A DNA stretch of 64,000 nt from Desulfuromonadales bacterium (GTDB lineage: Bacteria; Desulfobacterota; Desulfuromonadia; Desulfuromonadales; SZUA-540). The stretch spans positions 1 through 64,000 of the forward strand of contig JAWSUS010000006.1 in the NCBI GenBank assembly GCA_033549025.1, read 5' to 3'. Shown in pieces: positions 57,163 through 64,000 of the stretch. Each line of letters begins with the position of its first letter. Position 1 is the first letter of the stretch. The translations under genes were made by a program, and so were the position numbers. The notes under the pieces are model-generated. The model saw only the letters and a program-made list of their open reading frames with translations. It made no database searches and was not told where the DNA came from.

Positions 57163-57429
57163 ATGGACGGCAAAGAATTCAGAATCCGAAACAGGCTCGG
57201 TTTGCATGCCCGGGCGGCGGCTCAGCTTGTGCAGACCGCCAACCAGTTCAAAAGTGAAATAACCGTCAAAAAAGACGACCTGGAGGTTAACGGAAAAAGC
57301 ATCATGGGCCTGCTCATGCTGGCTGCACCGCAGGGCTCGACCATTTATGTGTCCGCTGACGGCGCCGATGAAGCGGCGGCGATGACGGCGATTGGAAAGT
57401 TGATTGATGACGGCTTTGGAGAAGACTGA
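57163..57429 (+). CDS. ptsH: Phosphocarrier HPr
   Basis: GLHARAA (His15) and NGKSIMGLL (Ser46). Confidence 0.95.
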   Translation: MDGKEFRIRNRLGLHARAAAQLVQTANQFKSEITVKKDDLEVNGKSIMGLLMLAAPQGSTIYVSADGADEAAAMTAIGKLIDDGFGED

Positions 57430-59194
57430 TCTGTTGCAGGATACGATGCTCATTGGAATCGGTGCATCACCCGGCATCGCCATCGGGGAGACCTATATGG
57501 TCAACCGGGCGCGTATGTCCGCCGTGGAACGAACGATCGATGAGGAGTCGGTCGATCAGCAGATAGCGGCCTTTATGGACGCAGTCAATCTGTCCAAAAA
57601 GCAGCTCGAAGAGGTCAAGCAAAGTGTGACGGACAGGTCCCTGTCCGAGCATATCTATATCATCGACACCCACCTGATGATCCTTGAGGACCAGATGCTT
57701 CTTGACGAAACCAGGAAGCTGATCCGCGAGGAAAAGATCAATGCGGAAGGGGCACTGAAACGGACCCTGGATAAATTTCGCAAGGTCTTTGAAACGATTG
57801 ATGACGAATATCTCCGGGAACGGCGCTCCGACATGGATTTTGTGGGGGAAAGGCTTTTGCGGAATCTCCTGGGTGAACATCAGCAATCCCTCAAGGATAT
57901 CGATCGCAAAGTCGTCGTCATCGCCCACGACCTTTCTCCCGCCGACACCATGCAGATGGACAAAAGCAAGATTGTCGGATTTGTGACCGACGTCGGCGGC
58001 AGAACCTCGCATACCGCTATCCTGGCCCGATCTATGGGTATTCCCGCCGTCGTCGGCCTTGAAAACGTGACATCCTTTGTGCCGGGTGGCACGCCTGTCA
58101 TCATTGACGGCACCGCCGGCATCATGATCCTGCATCCGAGCCAAGACCTCTTTAAGGAATATTTGCGGAAAAAACAGGTCTTTGAGTATCAGGAGCGTGA
58201 ACTTCTCAGCTACCGGGATTTGCCGGCGATCACTCTCGACGACCATCGCGTGGCCTTGCGCGGAAATGTCGAAATTTCCGAAGAAGTCCCTCTGGCCCTG
58301 CAGCAGGGGGCTGAAGGTATAGGCCTCTATCGTTCGGAATTTCTGTACATGAACCGCCTGATTCCCCCTTCAGAGGAGGAACAGGTCCAGGCCTATCGCG
58401 ACATCGTCGAACAGATGAAGCCTCAAGTTGTGACGATTCGTACCCTGGATGTCGGCGGGGACAAGTTTGTTCCCGAGATTAATCTGTCGGATGAATCCAA
58501 CCCCGCGATGGGGCTTAGGGCCATACGGTTCTCCCTCAAGGAACGACGTCTTTTTAAAACCCAGTTGCGCGCCATTCTCAGAACTTCTGCCTTTGGGAAG
58601 GTTCGCATCATGTTTCCGATGATTTCCGGTGTGACCGAAATAAGGACCTGCAAATCCTGCCTGGAAGAAGCCAAAGCCGAACTGGTGGCGGAGGGAGTTC
58701 CTTTTGATGAACAGATTCCCGTAGGGATCATGATCGAGACCCCATCAGCCGCTCTCATTGCTCACCTGCTGGCCCGCGAGGTTGATTTTTTCTCCATCGG
58801 AACTAATGATCTGATTCAGTACTGCCTGGCCGTCGACCGCAGCAACGAGCATGTGGCCTATCTTTACGAGCCGCTGCACCCGGCCGTGCTCGAGGCCATC
58901 CGTATGATCTGCTCAGCAGCAAAAGCCGCCGACATCGAAATAGGCATGTGCGGTGAAATGGCGGGTGAACCTATGTACGCCCTGGTGCTCCTGGGGTTTG
59001 GTTTCACCGAACTGTCGATGAACGCCCCCGGTATCCCCCGGGTCAAACGCATTCTTCGACAGGTTCGGCGAAGCGAAGGGGATAAATTGCTGCACGATCT
59101 GATGAAGCTTTCCACGGCCAGTGAGGTGAAGCAATATCTCGAGGATGTCATGACGAGGCGATTTCCTGACCTCTTTGAACAAAAAGCCTTCTGA
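57407..59194 (+). CDS. ptsI: PEP-protein phosphotransferase, Enzyme I (no GAF domain; start uncertain)
   Basis: GIGASPG, GGRTSHTAI, RTLDVGGDK, SIGTNDLIQY, CGEMAG. Confidence 0.93.
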   Translation: MTALEKTDLLQDTMLIGIGASPGIAIGETYMVNRARMSAVERTIDEESVDQQIAAFMDAVNLSKKQLEEVKQSVTDRSLSEHIYIIDTHLMILEDQMLLDETRKLIREEKINAEGALKRTLDKFRKVFETIDDEYLRERRSDMDFVGERLLRNLLGEHQQSLKDIDRKVVVIAHDLSPADTMQMDKSKIVGFVTDVGGRTSHTAILARSMGIPAVVGLENVTSFVPGGTPVIIDGTAGIMILHPSQDLFKEYLRKKQVFEYQERELLSYRDLPAITLDDHRVALRGNVEISEEVPLALQQGAEGIGLYRSEFLYMNRLIPPSEEEQVQAYRDIVEQMKPQVVTIRTLDVGGDKFVPEINLSDESNPAMGLRAIRFSLKERRLFKTQLRAILRTSAFGKVRIMFPMISGVTEIRTCKSCLEEAKAELVAEGVPFDEQIPVGIMIETPSAALIAHLLAREVDFFSIGTNDLIQYCLAVDRSNEHVAYLYEPLHPAVLEAIRMICSAAKAADIEIGMCGEMAGEPMYALVLLGFGFTELSMNAPGIPRVKRILRQVRRSEGDKLLHDLMKLSTASEVKQYLEDVMTRRFPDLFEQKAF

Positions 59195-59207
59195 GTCGGC
59201 AACCATC

Positions 59208-59236
59208 TTGACAGTGCTGGACATTTTGGTTACAGT
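59208..59236 (+). promoter_or_regulatory. sigma70 promoter of metK
   Basis: TTGACA-N17-TACAGT. Confidence 0.65.
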
Positions 59237-59288
59237 TTCGCGTTTCGAGCGTTCATTGTTCACTACCTGACAAGGGAGACTAGAACCC

Positions 59289-60458
59289 ATGCCAATGACT
59301 GATTTCCTGTTCACATCCGAATCGGTAAGCGAAGGCCACCCGGATAAAGTGGCCGATCAGATTTCGGATGCCATTCTTGACGCCATTCTCAGCCAGGACA
59401 CCAAGGCCCGCGTAGCCTGTGAGACTCTCGTGACCACAGGTATGGCCATGATCGCCGGCGAGATCACCACGAGCGCTTATGTCGATATGCCGCAAATCGT
59501 GCGGAATACGATCAAAGAAATCGGTTACGACGATTCTTCCATGGGGTTCGATTACGAAACCTGTGCCGTCCTGACTTCTATTGACCGCCAGTCGCCCGAC
59601 ATCTCTCAGGGGGTCACCGAGGGAGAGGGCCTGTACAAGGATCAGGGCGCCGGGGATCAGGGTCTCATGTTCGGTTATGCCTGTGACGAAACGGCGGAAC
59701 TGATGCCTATGCCCATCATGTTTGCCCATCGTCTGACCAAGCGTCTGGCCGATGTGCGCAAGGGCAAGTTGGTTTCCTTTCTTCGCCCTGACAGCAAGTC
59801 GCAGGTTTCCATTCAGTACATCAACGACAAGCCTATCCGGGTCGATTCAGTCGTCATTTCCTCCCAGCATACCCCTGACGTAAGTTACGACACGCTCCGG
59901 GAATTCATCATGGAAGAAGTCATTAAGCCGATTATTCCTGCGGAACTTCTCGATGAAAAAACCAAGTATTTCATCAATCCTACCGGACGTTTTGTCGTCG
60001 GCGGACCCATGGGTGACTGTGGTCTCACCGGGCGTAAAATTATCGTCGACACCTACGGCGGCCAGGGCTCTCACGGCGGCGGGGCTTTTTCCGGCAAAGA
60101 TCCCAGCAAGGTCGATCGCAGTGCCTCGTACATGGCCCGCTATGTCGCTAAAAATATCGTCGCTGCCGGCCTCGCCAGTAAATGCGAGGTCCAACTGGCC
60201 TATGCGATCGGTGTTGCCGACCCCGTCTCGGTGATGATCAACACCTTCGGTACGGGGAAAATTCCATCCAACGACATTGCCAGCATCGTTCAGGAAGAAT
60301 TCGATATGCGCCCGTCCGGCATCATCAAGACCCTTGACCTGCTGCGGCCAATCTATCGCAAGACGGCGGCTTACGGGCACTTTGGCAGGGAGCTGCCTGA
60401 GTTTAGTTGGGAAAAAACCGACCGCGTCGACTCCCTGCGCAAGCGCGCCGGCATGTGA
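59289..60458 (+). CDS. metK: S-adenosylmethionine synthetase
   Basis: [35 protein letters not shown]. Confidence 0.98.
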   Translation: MPMTDFLFTSESVSEGHPDKVADQISDAILDAILSQDTKARVACETLVTTGMAMIAGEITTSAYVDMPQIVRNTIKEIGYDDSSMGFDYETCAVLTSIDRQSPDISQGVTEGEGLYKDQGAGDQGLMFGYACDETAELMPMPIMFAHRLTKRLADVRKGKLVSFLRPDSKSQVSIQYINDKPIRVDSVVISSQHTPDVSYDTLREFIMEEVIKPIIPAELLDEKTKYFINPTGRFVVGGPMGDCGLTGRKIIVDTYGGQGSHGGGAFSGKDPSKVDRSASYMARYVAKNIVAAGLASKCEVQLAYAIGVADPVSVMINTFGTGKIPSNDIASIVQEEFDMRPSGIIKTLDLLRPIYRKTAAYGHFGRELPEFSWEKTDRVDSLRKRAGM

Positions 60459-60472
60459 GGCGTTAGAGAGTG

Positions 60473-60513
60473 AAAACAAAAAGGCGGACCTTGCGGTTCG
60501 CCTTTTTGTTTTT
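60473..60513. terminator. Intrinsic (bidirectional-type) terminator after metK
   Basis: AAAACAAAAAGGCGGACC-TTGC-GGTTCGCCTTTTTGTTTT. Confidence 0.85.
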
Positions 60514-60525
60514 CAGGAGGATGTC

Positions 60526-61662
60526 TTGGAGCTTTTTTCACCCGCTGAGCCTGCTCCTCAACTGTGCGTTATCGTGCCTGTCTACAACGAGGCAGCGACT
60601 CTCCCCGCTCTTTTTTCTAACCTTGAAAGTCAGGCGGGCATACGGTTTGAAGTGATTCTGGTCGATGGAGGGTCGGCCGATGATACCTTCGCCTTGGGCG
60701 AGAAATTCGCTGCCGCCGTCCCCTTTGAATGCCGAGTTCTCAGGGCCAATAAGGGGAGGGCGTCCCAACTCAATGTCGGCGCCTGCCATGCCACAGCTCC
60801 TGTGCTGCTCTTTCTCCATGCCGACTGTTGTTTTTCTCACCCCCTGGCGTTGGCCGGCGGCCTGGAATCCCTGGCGACAGCCTGGGAACACTGTGGGCAT
60901 CGACGCCTTGCCGGGCGCTTCTCCCTACGGTTTCTGCGCCAAAAGGACAAACCGTACCAGGGGTACTTTTACTACGAAGCCAAGGCACGGCTGAATCGTC
61001 CTCAATGCATCCACGGGGATCAGGGCTTCATGATGGCAGCCGACTTTTTTGACGAACTGGGCCGGTTTGATGAGAACCTCCCTATTCTTGAAGATACCCA
61101 ACTGGCTGACCGTGTTCTGGCCGTGGGGCAGTGGCTGCTTTTTCCGGCGGATATTCTGACCTCGGCCAGACGTTTCGAAACTGAAGGTCTGGTTGCCCGC
61201 CAATGTCTCAATGCTTTAATCGTCAATTTCGCCATAATCGGATTCGATGCCTTTTTCGAAAAGGCGGCCGCCCTCTATCGCACCCACGACCAAAGCCGCC
61301 CCCTGCATCTTCGGCCCTTTCTCAGGCTCGTTCATCAACTCGTGAGGCAACAATCCCTTCGGCGTCAACTGGGGATATGGTATCGCACCGGTAAATACGT
61401 TCGTTCGCAGGGCTGGCAATTGGCGTTCTGGGCAGATGTCAGTCGGGCCTTTAAGCGTGGGGTTGCGCTTCCCGAGATTCGCACCCCTTTTCTCAAACGC
61501 TTCGATCGTGTGTGGGATGCGTTCACCGACCACCCTTTAGGAAACGGGTTGGCGACAGTGTTGACCGCGATCGGCTTTTACCTGGCCTTTGCCTGGCTGG
61601 CCATGACGGAAAGCCGTTTTTTCATCAAGGTGATGCCGTTGATCAGGGGAGGAAAGTCATGA
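60526..61662 (+). CDS. Family 2 glycosyltransferase (TIGR04283-like) with C-terminal extension
   Basis: VIVPVYNEA, VDGGSAD, GRASQLNVGA, LFLHAD, GDQG, ED, TSARRF; AGGAGG RBS then TTG at 60526. Confidence 0.82.
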   Translation: MELFSPAEPAPQLCVIVPVYNEAATLPALFSNLESQAGIRFEVILVDGGSADDTFALGEKFAAAVPFECRVLRANKGRASQLNVGACHATAPVLLFLHADCCFSHPLALAGGLESLATAWEHCGHRRLAGRFSLRFLRQKDKPYQGYFYYEAKARLNRPQCIHGDQGFMMAADFFDELGRFDENLPILEDTQLADRVLAVGQWLLFPADILTSARRFETEGLVARQCLNALIVNFAIIGFDAFFEKAAALYRTHDQSRPLHLRPFLRLVHQLVRQQSLRRQLGIWYRTGKYVRSQGWQLAFWADVSRAFKRGVALPEIRTPFLKRFDRVWDAFTDHPLGNGLATVLTAIGFYLAFAWLAMTESRFFIKVMPLIRGGKS

Positions 61663-62069
61663 ATGTTCCATCTGCTACAATCGGGTCCATCAATGCCATT
61701 CCGCTATTGAAAACGCTGGGTATTGTCGCTGAGGAAATCGGCGACCGGTATGCGGTTATGCGCGTCACGGTCGATGAGAGACACTTGAATTACTATGGCG
61801 GCGCTCATGGCGGTCTGATCGCCACTCTGGTTGATACGGTCTGTTTTTTCCCGGCGCCTCTGTTGCCTGCCGGACTCGCGGTTACGACCTCCAGTTTGAA
61901 TGTGAATTACCTGCGCGCCGTTCAGCCTGGAGAAACGCTGGTGGCCAGATCCGAAATCGTTCACCTGGGCCGCCGTACCGTCAGCCTGCGCGTAGCCGTT
62001 CACAGCGAGGAAAGGCTCATCGCTCAGGGTATGGCGACGCTGATTGTACTGAACCCATCGACGGATTAA
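61659..62069 (+). CDS. PaaI family hotdog thioesterase
   Basis: HLNYYGGAHGGLIATLVD, LNVNYLR, HLGRRT; ATGA overlap with the GT2 gene. Confidence 0.88.
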   Translation: MNVPSATIGSINAIPLLKTLGIVAEEIGDRYAVMRVTVDERHLNYYGGAHGGLIATLVDTVCFFPAPLLPAGLAVTTSSLNVNYLRAVQPGETLVARSEIVHLGRRTVSLRVAVHSEERLIAQGMATLIVLNPSTD

Positions 62070-62146
62070 CGCGAATCCATCGATGAGGAATTTATTGTCA
62101 CCCTTCCTGTCATGACATATCCCTTGACCTGGTTCTTGGCATATGA

Positions 62147-62168
62147 TAGATCAAGAATTCCTGATTTA
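62147..62168. promoter_or_regulatory. Putative SahR operator palindrome
   Basis: TAGATCAAGAATTCCTGATTTA, near-perfect dyad 20 nt before the sahR start. Confidence 0.6.
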
Positions 62169-62188
62169 TATAAACCGGAATTTTTGAT

Positions 62189-63130
62189 TTGGTCCTTTCA
62201 CTCTTAAAATCTCTCGCCGATTCAACGCGTCTGAGGCTTGTTTCCCTGCTTTACCGGGGGGAATTTACCGTTCAGGAACTGACCGAAATTTTGGGCATGG
62301 GTCAGTCGCGGGTATCGCGCCACCTCAAACTTCTCCTGGATGAAGAGATTTTGAGCGTGCGGCGTCAAGGCACCTGGTCATACTATCGTGTCTGCCAGGA
62401 AAATGCGCTGTTTGTCGCGATGTGGCCGGCCCTTGATGCTTCTCTGGCCGAGGAAACCTCCAGTGGGGAAGATTTTCGGGCCATGGCGGCGATTTATGAA
62501 AAAAGGCGTCGAAAAAGCCAGGATTTTTTCAACCATTACGCCAGTGAATGGGACGGACTTTCCCGCCGCCTGCTTCCTACTGTCCCTTACGGTGAGCATC
62601 TTCTCGCTCGCATTCGTCCCTGTGAAAATCTCGTGGAGGTTGGCGTCGGTACAGGCAATCTCCTCCCTTCGCTGATGTCCCGGGCCCAGACAGTGATTGG
62701 CGTGGACCAGTCTCCGGCGATGCTGGCACAGGCCCGTCATCGTATCGGTCAGAAGGAGCATGGGCAGGTCGAACTGCGCCTTGGCGAGATGTCTCATCTG
62801 CCGGTTCTTTCCGCCAGCGCGGATACCGTTCTGGTGAGCATGGTTCTTCATCATGCCGCCGACCCGGAAAATGTCTTCAAAGAGTTTGCCCGGGTGATGA
62901 GGGAGGAAGGGACATTGGTGATCGCCGACCTGCTTCCCCATCAACACGAATGGGCCCGCGACAGCCTGGCTGATCTCTGGCTCGGCTTTGAGCGCAATGA
63001 TATCGAACGATGGCTGGAGGCGGCGGGACTTCTCCTGACAGGCTACGTGGAAATTCAGGGAACAGCCGACAGACAGGGTATTTTTATTTTAGAAGCGACC
63101 AAAAGAGGGATAAACCAGACAACCAAGTGA
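62189..63130 (+). CDS. sahR: ArsR-HTH + SAM-binding methyltransferase-domain regulator (SahR)
   Basis: [11 protein letters not shown]...[34 protein letters not shown]; directly upstream of ahcY. Confidence 0.8.
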   Translation: MVLSLLKSLADSTRLRLVSLLYRGEFTVQELTEILGMGQSRVSRHLKLLLDEEILSVRRQGTWSYYRVCQENALFVAMWPALDASLAEETSSGEDFRAMAAIYEKRRRKSQDFFNHYASEWDGLSRRLLPTVPYGEHLLARIRPCENLVEVGVGTGNLLPSLMSRAQTVIGVDQSPAMLAQARHRIGQKEHGQVELRLGEMSHLPVLSASADTVLVSMVLHHAADPENVFKEFARVMREEGTLVIADLLPHQHEWARDSLADLWLGFERNDIERWLEAAGLLLTGYVEIQGTADRQGIFILEATKRGINQTTK

Positions 63131-63143
63131 AAAGGAGTCTTTT

Positions 63144-64000
63144 ATGGCAGGCAAGGATTTTAAGGTTAAAGATATGTCTCTGGCCCGGTGGGGCAGGCAG
63201 GAAATTGAGATTGCCGAAACGGAAATGCCGGGACTGATGGCGCTTCGCCAGGAGTTCGGTGCGAGCAAACCCCTCAGGGGCGCCCGCATTGCAGGCTGCC
63301 TGCACATGACTATCCAGACCGCCGTGCTGATCGAAACCCTCATTGAACTGGGCGCCGAAGTGCGCTGGAGTTCCTGCAATATTTTCTCAACCCAGGACCA
63401 TGCCGCCGCCGCTATCGCTGAGGCCGGGATCCCCGTGTATGCCTGGAAAGGAGAGACGGAGGAAGAATACTGGTGGTGTGTCGAGCAAACGATTGAAGGG
63501 CCTGATGGCTGGCGGCCGAACATGCTGCTTGATGACGGCGGCGACCTCACCCAGGTGATGCATGAAAAATACCCGGAGCTCATGGCGCAGGTCAAAGGGT
63601 TGTCTGAAGAGACGACGACTGGAGTTCACCGCCTCTATCAGATGGAAAAAACCGGCACCCTGAAGTGCCCCGCCTTCAACGTCAACGATTCGGTGACCAA
63701 GAGTAAATTCGACAATCTGTACGGCTGTCGCGAGTCGCTGGCCGATGGCATCAAAAGAGCCACGGACGTCATGGTGGCGGGCAAAGTGGTCGTCGTGGCC
63801 GGCTATGGTGATGTCGGGAAAGGATGTGCCCAGGCCATGCGAGGTCTCGGGGCCCGCGTGCTGATCACCGAAATCGACCCCATTATTTCCCTGCAGGCCG
63901 TTATGGAAGGCTATCAGGTTGTCACCATGGAAACGGCGGCTCCCCTCGGCGATATTTTCGTCACCACGACCGGTTGCCGCGACGTCATCACCCGCCAGCA
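63144..64000 (+). CDS. ahcY: Adenosylhomocysteinase (3' end outside the window)
   Basis: Own translation from ATG 63144 (AAGGAG RBS): [62 protein letters not shown]. Confidence 0.97.
   Translation, partial: MAGKDFKVKDMSLARWGRQEIEIAETEMPGLMALRQEFGASKPLRGARIAGCLHMTIQTAVLIETLIELGAEVRWSSCNIFSTQDHAAAAIAEAGIPVYAWKGETEEEYWWCVEQTIEGPDGWRPNMLLDDGGDLTQVMHEKYPELMAQVKGLSEETTTGVHRLYQMEKTGTLKCPAFNVNDSVTKSKFDNLYGCRESLADGIKRATDVMVAGKVVVVAGYGDVGKGCAQAMRGLGARVLITEIDPIISLQAVMEGYQVVTMETAAPLGDIFVTTTGCRDVITRQ

Noticed and set aside
59195..59288. SAM or SAH riboswitch before metK or ahcY
   Set aside because: The metK leader is only ~45 nt after the promoter and ahcY follows sahR by 13 nt; no consensus elements were seen.
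60277..60525. N-terminal extension of the GT2 ORF
   Set aside because: It overlaps metK and its terminator; a strong RBS supports TTG at 60526.

Overview
Core-chromosome window from a deltaproteobacterium. Gene order and protein sequences resemble Desulfuromonadales/Geobacter relatives (inference, not searched). The left ~12 kb is the tail of a PEP-CTERM/exosortase-type surface locus. In it, prsK and prsR are separated by a lower-GC glycan cassette (AT3-SGNH O-acetyltransferase, wbpB, wbpD, wbpE, wbpI-like). On the minus strand follow an unusual fibronectin-III protein and a CPBP (CAAX-type) intramembrane protease. The rest is mostly housekeeping: trmJ-hyp-rlmD; rimP-nusA-ylxR/L7Ae-infB-DUF503-rbfA-nrnA-truB-rpsO-pnp; M16 peptidase, dut; tRNA-Leu(GAG), secG-tpiA-pgk-gap; an orphan sensor kinase; purL-purQ-purF-pyrE; an HD-GYP protein; kdsB-pyrG-kdsA-kdsD-kdsC-lptCAB-rpoN-hpf; a complete PTS cluster; and metK-GT2-thioesterase-sahR-ahcY (truncated by the window end). 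The most striking observation is the FN3 protein (9935-10807, minus). Its second FN3-like domain is interrupted by a transmembrane helix, a basic loop and an internal lipoprotein signal (LASC-GGGGGG). It lies behind a sigma54/IHF/enhancer-type promoter and next to an intact CPBP protease, which suggests an undescribed split-domain anchoring or sorting route. Also notable are NusA with a Rho_N-like C-terminal tail, a structured pnp leader and a palindromic SahR operator. No mobile element or CRISPR array was seen. All family assignments are by motif recognition only; no searches were run.
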